Shown piece by piece: positions 1 through 8,621 of a stretch of DNA of 64,000 nt. This DNA is from Patescibacteria group bacterium (lineage in GTDB: Bacteria > Patescibacteriota > Minisyncoccia > Phycocordibacterales > JACOZG01), in assembly GCA_034658935.1 (NCBI GenBank), contig JAYEGE010000006.1, forward strand, positions 24,912-88,911. The letters are read 5' to 3'. Under the pieces are notes generated by a model. It made no database searches. It was not told where the DNA came from and worked only from the letters and a program-made list of their open reading frames with translations. A program made the translations under genes and the position numbers. Within the stretch, counting starts at the first letter, position 1, and every line of letters begins with the position of its first letter.

Positions 1-2253
1 TTTAATCTCGTAAAGAAGTTCATCGTGAACTTGGAGCAATAAATGTGCCTCGTCAGTAACCTTTTCTTCACGAAGCATTTTATCCACCGCGGTCATTGCT
101 AATTTTACAATGTCGGCCGCAGTTCCCTGGAGCGGCGCGTTCATCGCCATCCGTTCATTCATCGCTTTAACAAAAGGTAAGCGCGACTTTAACCCTGGAA
201 AATAACGTCGTCGTCCAAAAAGGGTTTCGGTATAGCCATCCTTCTTGGCGCCAGTAATTACTTCTTCGAAATAATTCTTGATCTTGGGGAAAGTCTCAAA
301 GTATTGATTATAAAAATGCTGGGCCTCTTCACGCGTCACCGTTTCCCCAGTAGGCGAAGAACTTAAATTCTTTTTGAGCGCGTTCACCCCCATCCCGTAA
401 ATAATACCGAAATTAATCACCTTGGCTCGACGACGCATTTCCTTAGTCACCTCCTCCTCGCTAACCCCAAAAACTTTTTGCGCTACCGATGTGTGAGCGT
501 CTTCCTTACTGTTAAAAATCCGAATTAATTCCCCGTCACCAGAGAGCAGAGCTAAAACTCGCATCTCCACTTGGGCGTAATCAAAGGAAGCAATCTGATA
601 ACCGGGTGTCGCCACAAAGGCCCGCCTGATCGCCTCCCCCCTCTTAGTCTTAGCTGGAATATTCTGAAGATTCGGATCAGTCGATGACATCCGACCAGTG
701 GTAGTGCCAGTTTGATTTAGATTGGTATGTAACCTGCCCCCCTTGTCTAATTTTGGTGGAATAGCATCAATATAGGTTGAGAGGAGTTTCTGCAATTCGC
801 GGTAGGCCAGAATTTCTCCAATGATGGGGTGGGCATCTTGGAGTTTCAAGAGTTCCGATTCGCGCGTTGAACGCGCTCCGCCGGCTGTCTTCTTCAGCCC
901 CTTGGCTTGGAGATGCAATTTATCGAACAAAACTTCGCCTAATTGTTTAGGGGAATTAATGTTGAAAGTAGCCTCAGCCTGCTTATGGATATTTGTTTCT
1001 AACTTATCTAATTCCTGGTGATGTCCCTTAGAAAGTTTCTTTAAATAACCCGCGTCGATTAATATACCCCGCTCTTCAGCCGCTTTAATAATAGGGATGA
1101 GGGGTAACTCTACCTCACGATAGATCTTCTCTAATTTCTTCTCCTTAATTTCAGCCAATAATTTCTTTTCCGCCCCCGCTAGATCTTTAGTGCCACTGAA
1201 TTGCAATATATCCTCAGTCTTTGGACTGGTTATATCAGAGTTCAGTAGCCAAAGAGCAATACAGAGCTCTTGCGGTACTACCTCCTCCTCAGTCTCCGCC
1301 GGGAAGAGTTGGTCCAGCTTGCCATCTAGGCTGCTTAACAAATTCTTAAATCTAGTTCCTAAGGTTCTAAACTCCAGCTCAGCAAATAATTTCTCCACCG
1401 GCTCCAATTTAGCTGTTTCTCGCCAAGCCTTACTGGGCAATTTAAACTTGATGGCTGCATCGCGGCGGATCGTCGCCAAGGCTTTAGAAAAAAGTGCCTC
1501 CTCTTCCCCCTCCTTAAGTAAGCCGATAACCCGCTTCTTAATACCCGCTTTCTCAAATTTCTCTTCACCCTTAGCCAGAGCCTTGTAGATTTGCTCGATT
1601 GTACCAAATTTAGAAATAAGAATCGTGGCTGTCTTATCACCTATACCTTTAATGCCGACAATATTATCTGATTGATCACCAGCTAAGCCCTTATAATCCG
1701 GCAAGAGTTTGGGACCAAAACTAAAGCGCTTCTCTACCCCAGCCTCATCATAAGTTATCGTCTCGCTCAACCCCCGCTTTAGAGTGTAAACAGTCACTCT
1801 ATCCTTATCTACCAATTGCAGAGTGTCCATATCGCCCGAAGCAATAATCACCTGAAGATCTTTATTGCCTTTAGTTGCTTCAACAATGGTGCCGATGATA
1901 TCGTCCGCCTCAAAGCCTGCTTTGTCGTAAACTGGAATTTGTAAAGCTTCTATTAATTCCCGCGACTTCTCTAATTGAGAGACTAACTCATTGTCAGCTT
2001 TAGCTCGTGTCGCCTTATAATTCTCGTAGACTTGCTTGCGAAAAGTTTTGTCTGCTCTATCGTAACAAGCCACTACGTAATCGGGTTTTAAATCACCAAT
2101 GATCCGCAGCAGCATGGTTACCAATCCGTAGAGGGCGCCTGTTGGTTCACCCTTACTAGAAACAAAATCGGGTAACGCATGGTAAGCTCGATGGATAATG
2201 GCGTGAGTATCGAGTACAACCAGAGTTTTCTTTTTATTTTCTTTGGTCACCAT
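1..2253 (-). CDS. polA: DNA polymerase I (3' end runs off the window)
   Basis: Manual translation from ATG at 2253: MVTKENKKKTLVVLDTHAIIHRAYHALP (5'-3' exonuclease start); near base 1 reads LLQVHDELLYEIK (PolA motif C) in the same frame; QTGTTTGRMSSTDPNLQNIP also present. Missing from the ORF track because it has no stop in the window. Confidence 0.96.
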   Translation of the reverse strand, partial: MVTKENKKKTLVVLDTHAIIHRAYHALPDFVSSKGEPTGALYGLVTMLLRIIGDLKPDYVVACYDRADKTFRKQVYENYKATRAKADNELVSQLEKSRELIEALQIPVYDKAGFEADDIIGTIVEATKGNKDLQVIIASGDMDTLQLVDKDRVTVYTLKRGLSETITYDEAGVEKRFSFGPKLLPDYKGLAGDQSDNIVGIKGIGDKTATILISKFGTIEQIYKALAKGEEKFEKAGIKKRVIGLLKEGEEEALFSKALATIRRDAAIKFKLPSKAWRETAKLEPVEKLFAELEFRTLGTRFKNLLSSLDGKLDQLFPAETEEEVVPQELCIALWLLNSDITSPKTEDILQFSGTKDLAGAEKKLLAEIKEKKLEKIYREVELPLIPIIKAAEERGILIDAGYLKKLSKGHHQELDKLETNIHKQAEATFNINSPKQLGEVLFDKLHLQAKGLKKTAGGARSTRESELLKLQDAHPIIGEILAYRELQKLLSTYIDAIPPKLDKGGRLHTNLNQTGTTTGRMSSTDPNLQNIPAKTKRGEAIRRAFVATPGYQIASFDYAQVEMRVLALLSGDGELIRIFNSKEDAHTSVAQKVFGVSEEEVTKEMRRRAKVINFGIIYGMGVNALKKNLSSSPTGETVTREEAQHFYNQYFETFPKIKNYFEEVITGAKKDGYTETLFGRRRYFPGLKSRLPFVKAMNERMAMNAPLQGTAADIVKLAMTAVDKMLREEKVTDEAHLLLQVHDELLYEIK

Positions 2254-2714
2254 GAAATATTACGAGTATCTTCGTCAACGAATTTGAAATTGAGAGTCAG
2301 ATGGTCTGGCGGCAAGAGCCTACGGATCTTATCGGCCCACTCAATCATAATTAGGTTACGTTCATTGGCTGCAATCTCTTTCCAACCTAAATGTTGTAAT
2401 TCCTGAGGATTATCCAAACGATAGCAATCAATATGAATTAGGTGTTCGAAAGATGTGGCCGCCTGCCCCGGCCTCTGCGTTGGAGGTAATAAGTGGTAGA
2501 TCTTCTCGATTACGAAAGTGGGGCTAACAACGTTCTCAACAATCCTCAACTCGCGGGCCACAGCCTGGACAAAGGTGGTCTTACCTGAGCCTAAATCACC
2601 AAGCATGGCTACTACACGGGCCTGACCATGAAGTGGCATCTTACTCACCTCCTCCAACCATCGTTTAGCGGCGTCTGTGGTTTGCTGTAAATTACTGGAA
2701 ATAACAACGGGCAT
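2247..2714 (-). CDS. tsaE: tRNA threonylcarbamoyladenosine biosynthesis ATPase TsaE
   Basis: GDLGSGKTTF Walker A, SPTF, HIDCYRL and IEWAD motifs; overlaps the polA start. Confidence 0.95.
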   Translation of the reverse strand: MPVVISSNLQQTTDAAKRWLEEVSKMPLHGQARVVAMLGDLGSGKTTFVQAVARELRIVENVVSPTFVIEKIYHLLPPTQRPGQAATSFEHLIHIDCYRLDNPQELQHLGWKEIAANERNLIMIEWADKIRRLLPPDHLTLNFKFVDEDTRNISW

Positions 2715-2730
2715 GGGGTAATTTTAGCAT

Positions 2731-2766
2731 AAAAAAAGAGCGTCCCGATGTGCGTCGGGACGCTCT
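2731..2766 (-). terminator. Intrinsic terminator of the orphan gene 2789-3712
   Basis: AGAGCGTCCCGA-tgtgcg-TCGGGACGCTCT stem followed by a T-run on the minus strand. Confidence 0.8.
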
Positions 2767-2788
2767 ACTACTTGCTTGTCGGCATCAA

Positions 2789-3712
2789 CTAATCGTCGAT
2801 GTCGACGTCGTCGATCTCGCCGTTGTCCTCAAACTCGATCTTGACCTTAAACCCGTCTGGGGTTCGACCCTTGATCCAGTCGAGGAGTCCAGCGTCGCCA
2901 CCCTTCTTGTGGTAACGTCGACTCGTCTCGCGGAAAATGTGGGCCCGTCCTTTGTGGACAACTCGGCTCCACATCACCTGCCTTCTCCGCACCATTGGCC
3001 TTGGTTCGGCCCTTGGCTCAGGTGCTGGCCGGGCTTCTCGTCTCGGCGCTCTAGCACTGAGCACTCCACCCGCCGATCTTTCGACTTCTGAAGCTTCGGC
3101 GATTGGCATTGCTTCCTCGGCACTAGGCTGAGTAGTGGCCGCCAGAGCTCTTTCAGGCTCCACAGACCCCACACATATGGATGGTCCGACCACTGGCGGC
3201 GGCTGCATGTCGACAACAACATGTTCCACCACAAGAACCGGGCGTTCGACGTACACCGGCACCAATTGCTCTACTACCACTGGCCGGGGCCGGCGGAGAT
3301 AGGAAAAGCCAAAGTCTAGATAACCTTGCCGATAATCAACCCGGCGATCGCGACACCCAGAGTAAACTCTGTAATTGTTGCGATCATGGCGACCCTGATT
3401 CCGGATGGCTTGTCGAAAGGCCCAACTCCGGTCCCTATCACGTCGTCGCTTGGCGGCCAATCGGACGCTTTGTCGTCGCCGTCTGGAGATGCGTCGATCA
3501 TTTTCACGTCGTCGCTTGGCGGCCCGCCGGTCATTCTCTCGCCGTTGTTGGGCGCGGTGCCTATTGGCTTCGCGTCGCCGCTGAGCAGCCCTCTGATGGG
3601 ACCGGCTCACCGAATGCCGCCTGGAATTCCAACGCGGCCTTCTGTCGGCCATCGCGAATTCCGGAGCCAAGAACAAACACATGAGCACGCAAACAAAAAC
3701 TTTCTTCAACAT
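2789..3712 (-). CDS. Orphan secreted protein with Arg-rich repeat N-half; likely start at ATG 3712
   Basis: Signal peptide MLKKVFVCVLMCLFLAPEFAMA, SD-like AAAGGGTAGG upstream, repeated RRREND/AAKRRR units, own terminator. Confidence 0.7.
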   Translation of the reverse strand: MLKKVFVCVLMCLFLAPEFAMADRRPRWNSRRHSVSRSHQRAAQRRREANRHRAQQRRENDRRAAKRRRENDRRISRRRRQSVRLAAKRRRDRDRSWAFRQAIRNQGRHDRNNYRVYSGCRDRRVDYRQGYLDFGFSYLRRPRPVVVEQLVPVYVERPVLVVEHVVVDMQPPPVVGPSICVGSVEPERALAATTQPSAEEAMPIAEASEVERSAGGVLSARAPRREARPAPEPRAEPRPMVRRRQVMWSRVVHKGRAHIFRETSRRYHKKGGDAGLLDWIKGRTPDGFKVKIEFEDNGEIDDVDIDD

Positions 3713-3920
3713 TAGACCTACCCTTTCTTTGACAGAGACCTTTTTTACCCAAACTATAGCCAAGATACACTCTCAGCTACCTTTTTTCCATCTACTTATA
3801 GTCTGTCATATTTTGACCTCGCTGTCAAGTGCCAAATGGGGTCTAATCTAGGCCTCATTTGAACGAGTTTTCCACTACCATCGCTACCATTAAAGACGCG
3901 GCCATGATAGGACTAAGGTA

Positions 3921-5618
3921 ATGTTGAAGTTTAATGATGAGAAAGATAAGCAGCGCTTAAGTGAGCTCCACTCACAAGAAGCAGAGAGACTAGCCCAGAC
4001 CCTTGCCACCAAATACAAGCTCCCCTACATAGACCTCTCTAAAGTAGCCATCAATACCGACGCCCTACGCATCGTCCCCGAAGCAGAGGCGCGTGAAGGC
4101 CAGCTAGCCGCCTTCAGAGTTACTGGCAAGCATCTTTACCTAGCTCTCCGAGCACCGGCTCACCCCAAAGCCAAAGCAATCTTAAAAGATTTAGAAGCCA
4201 AGAACTATATCCTCGAAAAATATCTGGTATCGGAAGCTGGTCTCATTCGTGCCTGGGATCGCTATAAAGAGATTTCGAAATCAACCCGCACTGAAGCGGG
4301 GGTGATCGATATATCTAGCGCAGATATCGATCGTTTTATTGAAGAAATTAAGGACCTAGAGGACTTAGCGCAAATCCTAGAGAAAGAGAGTGGCATCGCC
4401 TTCAAAGAAGGGGGGATCTCCGACCTTCTAGAGATCATTTTAGCTGGAGGCATTAGCACTTTGGCTTCTGACATCCATATAGAACCTCAGGAAGGCAAGG
4501 TGCGAATGCGTTATCGCCTAGACGGTGTCTTGAAGAATGTCATCTTCTTCCACGAGCGACTTTATAAACAAATACTCTCACGAGTCAAATTAATTTCTGG
4601 CCTCAAGCTGAATGTTAAAAAGAGCGCTCAAGATGGACGCTTCAGTATCCGCCTAGCTGAAACTGATATTGAAATTAGGACCTCTATCCTCCCTGGCGCC
4701 TATGGCGAATCCACCGTTCTCCGAATTCTGAATCCTGAAACTATCGCTGTATCCTTCGATACATTAGGGATAGAATCCGCTCTACTTAAAATCGTTAACC
4801 GTGAAATCAGTAAGCCCAACGGTATGGTCCTCCTCACTGGCCCCACCGGCTCTGGTAAAACAACCACTCTCTACGCCTTCTTACGGAAGATCAGCACCAC
4901 CGCTAATAAAATTATCACTATCGAGGACCCAATCGAGTACCATCTCCAAGGTGTTAACCAGACCCAAGTTAACTCCAAGCAAAACTACACCTTCCTTTCA
5001 GGCCTACGTAGCGCCCTGCGCCAGGACCCAGACATAATTATGATTGGTGAAATCCGCGACTCAGAAACAGCTAAGATTGCCGTTGATTCTTCGCTCACCG
5101 GCCACTTAGTATTCTCCACTCTGCATACCAATAATGCCGCCGGAACCATCCCCCGCTTGATAGATCTCGGAGTGAACCCAAAGGTCCTCGATGCCTCCCT
5201 AAATATTGCCATGGCCCAGCGCCTAGTTAGAGTTCTTTGCAAACATTGCAAGGTCACCGACACACCAAACGTCGAAGAGAAAAAACTCTTAGACGGCATT
5301 GTTGCCGCCATTAAAACTAAGCGGCCAGATTTAGCTTCTCCGGACACAGACCAAATCTGGCGCCCAACAAAGGCTGGGTGTGGCCAATGTCATCACACCG
5401 GTTATCGTGGCCAGGTTGGTATCTTTGAGGGCATCCTCGTCGACCCAGCTATTTCCAAACTATTGATTAGCAATCCCAACGAACGAGAAATCCGCTTGGC
5501 CGCCAAACCGCAAGGCATCCTCGACATGCGCGAGGATGGAGTGATGAAGGTCTTGTCCGGAATAACCGACCTAAGTGAATTAGGCCGAGTAGTCGATATT
5601 CACGAAGAAATTCTTTAA
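3921..5618 (+). CDS. pilB: Type IV pilus / T2SS assembly ATPase (PilB/GspE family)
   Basis: ASDIHIEP, GPTGSGKTTT, TIEDPIE, LRQDPD, GHLVFSTLH and CxxC..CxxC motifs. Confidence 0.92.
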   Translation: MLKFNDEKDKQRLSELHSQEAERLAQTLATKYKLPYIDLSKVAINTDALRIVPEAEAREGQLAAFRVTGKHLYLALRAPAHPKAKAILKDLEAKNYILEKYLVSEAGLIRAWDRYKEISKSTRTEAGVIDISSADIDRFIEEIKDLEDLAQILEKESGIAFKEGGISDLLEIILAGGISTLASDIHIEPQEGKVRMRYRLDGVLKNVIFFHERLYKQILSRVKLISGLKLNVKKSAQDGRFSIRLAETDIEIRTSILPGAYGESTVLRILNPETIAVSFDTLGIESALLKIVNREISKPNGMVLLTGPTGSGKTTTLYAFLRKISTTANKIITIEDPIEYHLQGVNQTQVNSKQNYTFLSGLRSALRQDPDIIMIGEIRDSETAKIAVDSSLTGHLVFSTLHTNNAAGTIPRLIDLGVNPKVLDASLNIAMAQRLVRVLCKHCKVTDTPNVEEKKLLDGIVAAIKTKRPDLASPDTDQIWRPTKAGCGQCHHTGYRGQVGIFEGILVDPAISKLLISNPNEREIRLAAKPQGILDMREDGVMKVLSGITDLSELGRVVDIHEEIL

Positions 5619-5619
5619 C

Positions 5620-5795
5620 AATCGAGTATCTAAATCCCAAAGCAACCCCCCGACTATGTAGTCAGAGTTAGGTGGGGACGTAAGGATAGGGCGAGCAAGC
5701 CCGATTATAAATATAGAGGACAAACTATCCCGTCCTTTCGTCCAAACCCGATAAAGCTCCAAGGAGCCCCTGCTTTGGGGTTTAGGCACTCGATT
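5620..5795. ncRNA. Candidate structured ncRNA or MITE-like element with ~25-bp terminal inverted repeats
   Basis: AATCGAGTATCTAAATCCCAAAGCA pairs with TGCTTTGGGGTTTAGGCACTCGATT; internal hairpins GACTA/TAGTC, GGGC/GCCC, GCTCC/GGAGC. Confidence 0.5.
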
Positions 5796-5832
5796 AATAA
5801 GACCAACTGGAGGATATCACAAAAAGAAACCA

Positions 5833-6846
5833 ATGTCAAGTAAGCCATCAAACCCTTCACACAACGGGCATTTCCTAGATAGCGCTCTGCGGCCCAGTAT
5901 TTGGGCGGATTATATTGGCCAACAGAGCATCAAAGACAACCTGCAGGTACTACTCCAAGCCGCCAAAGAGCGTGAACAACCTCCAGAACACCTCTTGTTC
6001 TACGGTCCTCCAGGATTGGGTAAAACTACTCTAGCACATTTGATCGCTAAGGAATCAGCCGCCCAACTCAAGGTAACTTCTGGCCCAGCGATCGAGAAAG
6101 TAGGCGACCTAGCCTCTATTTTGACTAATCTCTCCCCCGGCGACATCCTGTTCATCGACGAGGTGCATCGTCTTAATAAATTGATTGAGGAAGTGCTTTA
6201 CCCAGCTATGGAAGCGGGCACCCTGAATATTGTGATCGGTAAAGGGCCGGGGGCACGAGTCATCCAACTAGATCTGCCCCCCTTCACCTTGATTGCGGCC
6301 ACCACTCGCCTGGCTCTTCTCTCAGCGCCGCTCCGCTCCCGCTTCTCTGGCGGCACTTTCCGTCTCGAGTTTTATAATAATGATGAAATTAAATCTATTG
6401 TTCGACGTTCAGCCAATATTCTAGAAACACCAATCGACGAAGGTGGATCTGAGGAAATCGCTAAGCGGAGTCGCTTTACTCCTCGGATTGCTAATCATTT
6501 CTTAAAACGCTGTCGCGACGTCGCTCAATTACGTAAGTCGACTATCGATAATTCAGTGGTCCGCGAGGCCCTAGCGATGCTTGGTATCGATGAGCTTGGC
6601 CTAAACGATGCCGACCGCAATATCCTAACTACTCTAATCGAGAAATTTAACGGCGGGCCGGTGGGCTTAAACACTATCGCCACTGCCACTAGTGAAGAAG
6701 AGGCGGCGATTGAAGATGTCCACGAACCCTATCTCATCCAACTTGGCCTTCTCGAACGCACCCCTCGCGGCCGCGTCACTACTCCCAAAGCCTACGAGCA
6801 TCTTGGTTTCGACCTACCAAAAGACAACCAAAGCAAGTTACTTTAA
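5833..6846 (+). CDS. ruvB: Holliday junction branch migration helicase RuvB
   Basis: LRP, GPPGLGKTTLA, FIDEVHRL and EPYLIQLG..RTPRGR motifs. Confidence 0.97.
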   Translation: MSSKPSNPSHNGHFLDSALRPSIWADYIGQQSIKDNLQVLLQAAKEREQPPEHLLFYGPPGLGKTTLAHLIAKESAAQLKVTSGPAIEKVGDLASILTNLSPGDILFIDEVHRLNKLIEEVLYPAMEAGTLNIVIGKGPGARVIQLDLPPFTLIAATTRLALLSAPLRSRFSGGTFRLEFYNNDEIKSIVRRSANILETPIDEGGSEEIAKRSRFTPRIANHFLKRCRDVAQLRKSTIDNSVVREALAMLGIDELGLNDADRNILTTLIEKFNGGPVGLNTIATATSEEEAAIEDVHEPYLIQLGLLERTPRGRVTTPKAYEHLGFDLPKDNQSKLL

Positions 6847-6857
6847 TTCCCCCACAA

Positions 6858-6888
6858 AGAATGTTGAACACCGAGTGTTTAACATTCT
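6858..6888. repeat. Variant REP-like palindrome (GTTRAACAC-NNN-GTGTTTAAC)
   Basis: AGAATGTTGAACAC-CGA-GTGTTTAACATTCT; a sister copy lies at 45793-45817. Confidence 0.7.
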
Positions 6889-6893
6889 AAAGA

Positions 6894-6924
6894 AAAAACC
6901 GGCAAGGTGGCGTCTTACCGGTTT
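6894..6924 (-). terminator. Intrinsic terminator, possibly bidirectional
   Basis: AAACCGGTAAG..CTTGCCGGTTTTTT on the minus strand. Confidence 0.7.
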
Positions 6925-6971
6925 GCTCCGACTGTAGTGTCAGAGTTTACTTCGACTTGATTACCGTTCGC

Positions 6972-7160
6972 CTAGCAAGACTCAGGCCGAACTGGACGGC
7001 ACATGAAGACATACTGACTGCTAGTACAGAGATCTGGCAGAGTCCTAAACGGCGATGGACACCCAGGCACGCCTAGAGAGCTGAGTAAATCTACGTGTCT
7101 GGTCATCAAGTCCCTGACATCTTCTAGTCTCACAAACTCCTGTTCCGCGTCCTCGGCTAT
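6972..7160 (-). CDS. Small orphan ORF or decaying gene with ATA in the start position
   Basis: AAGGAGG SD 5 nt before an in-frame ATA at 7160; TTGACT promoter-like box at 7248-7253; downstream terminator. Confidence 0.35.
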   Translation of the reverse strand: MAEDAEQEFVRLEDVRDLMTRHVDLLSSLGVPGCPSPFRTLPDLCTSSQYVFMCRPVRPESC

Positions 7161-7291
7161 ACCGGCCTCCTTTCTACGATTAATTGTGAAGGCGGCCACA
7201 TAGCCACTAACTATTCCATTATTATTCCTACACCTCAAATCAATAATAGTCAATTCTAGCGGCCTCTAGCTTCAAGATATATAATCAATCT

Positions 7292-7834
7292 ATGTCTGGA
7301 CATAATAAATGGTCTAAAATTAAACATAAGAAGGGGGCGGCGGACGCTAAGCGGAGTAAATTATTCTCTATTCTTTCGCGGCAGATCACTATTGAGGCTC
7401 GGGGTTGTGGTGGCGACAAGAGCCACCCAGCGCTCCGCAAAGCCATCGAGCGAGCTAAAGCGGCCAATATCCCTAACGATAATATCGAGCGAGCCGTCGC
7501 CCGAGCAACCAGCACTGAGGCCAGCAGTTTAGAAGAAGTCCGTTACGAAGCCTATGGCCCTGGCGGCGTAGCAATGCTCATTGAAGGAATCACCGACAAC
7601 ACCAACCGCACTTCTCAAGAGATCAAGCATCTTTTATCTGAGCACGGTGGCTCTTTAGCTACTCCCGGCGCCGCCATTTGGGCCTTCACTAAAGTTGATG
7701 CAGAAACTGGATCATCATGGCAGGCCAATGCACCCATCCCCCTATCAGAATCGGAGAAAGAAAAAGTTCTCAATCTAATTACCACCCTGGAGGAACACGA
7801 CGACGTTAAAAACGTCTACGATAATAGTGCTTAA
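7292..7834 (+). CDS. yebC: YebC/PmpR family protein (short CPR form)
   Basis: MSGHNKWSKIKHKKG, YEAYGPGGVA, TDNTNRT, LEEHDDV motifs. Confidence 0.95.
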   Translation: MSGHNKWSKIKHKKGAADAKRSKLFSILSRQITIEARGCGGDKSHPALRKAIERAKAANIPNDNIERAVARATSTEASSLEEVRYEAYGPGGVAMLIEGITDNTNRTSQEIKHLLSEHGGSLATPGAAIWAFTKVDAETGSSWQANAPIPLSESEKEKVLNLITTLEEHDDVKNVYDNSA

Positions 7835-7835
7835 T

Positions 7836-8309
7836 ATGCGAGTGCTCGGCATTGATCCAGGTTACGACAGATTAGGGGCGGCGATAATTGAACGAGAAGG
7901 CGGAAAAGAGGCCGTACTTTTTTCTACCTGTTTAATAACCAACAAGAAAGATGACTTGCCAGAACGTTATCTTTATTTAGGAAAAGAGTTAAAGAAATTA
8001 ATTAAGAAATATCAACCAAACACCCTAGCAATAGAAAAACTTTTTTTTACTAACAATAAAAAGACGGCTAGCCAAGTTTCAGAAGTCCGGGGCATGATTA
8101 TTTATTTAGCTGCCGATCAAGGTCTGAATATTTTTGAATACACACCACTAGAAATAAAAACTACTGTAGCTGGCTTTGGTCAGGCCGACAAGAAACAAGT
8201 GGCCGACATGGTAAAACAATTAGTGCACTTAGACGAAATCAGGCGGCACGACGACGAGTATGATGCCATCGCCGTCGCCCTTACTGCGCTAGCCCGAGAA
8301 CGTTTCTAG
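7836..8309 (+). CDS. ruvC: Holliday junction resolvase RuvC
   Basis: MRVLGIDPG, IEKLFF, YTPLEIK, DDEYDAIAVA motifs. Confidence 0.95.
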   Translation: MRVLGIDPGYDRLGAAIIEREGGKEAVLFSTCLITNKKDDLPERYLYLGKELKKLIKKYQPNTLAIEKLFFTNNKKTASQVSEVRGMIIYLAADQGLNIFEYTPLEIKTTVAGFGQADKKQVADMVKQLVHLDEIRRHDDEYDAIAVALTALARERF

Positions 8310-8453
8310 ACCTAAGATTAGGCTTATCCACAGCCTTTTTTAAATTCAGTTGCAAAAAGCCGGAGGTATGATAAAAATGAGGCGTTCCAACAAAGTAAAT
8401 CAAAAAGGTCGAAAGCACGTATCATTTTATTAAGCATATTGGTAACAAACAAT

Positions 8454-8558
8454 ATGGACGAAGATCAAATGACTCCAACAGACACTGTCGGAGACGATGA
8501 AACAACCAACATGGCCAACGACCTGGAGGAAGATACTGACGACGACGAAACTCTGTAA
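8454..8558 (+). CDS. 34-aa highly acidic micro-protein
   Basis: MDEDQMTPTDTVGDDETTNMANDLEEDTDDDETL; fills the intergenic gap and is followed by a strong terminator. Confidence 0.5.
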   Translation: MDEDQMTPTDTVGDDETTNMANDLEEDTDDDETL

Positions 8559-8570
8559 AATCGTTAAATA

Positions 8571-8613
8571 AAAAAAACACCCCTCATCCAGATCTGGGTG
8601 AGGGGTGTTTTTT
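8571..8613. terminator. Bidirectional intrinsic terminator
   Basis: AAAAAAACACCCCTCATCCAGA/TCTGGGTGAGGGGTGTTTTTT between convergent genes. Confidence 0.85.
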
Positions 8614-8621
8614 GTATTTTC

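Noticed and set aside
821-2406. Small ORFs listed over the first 2.4 kb
   Set aside because: Shadow frames of polA and tsaE
2750-3715. Multiple overlapping ORFs on both strands
   Set aside because: GC-rich repetitive coding DNA leaves other frames open; only the minus-strand frame has an SD, signal peptide and terminator
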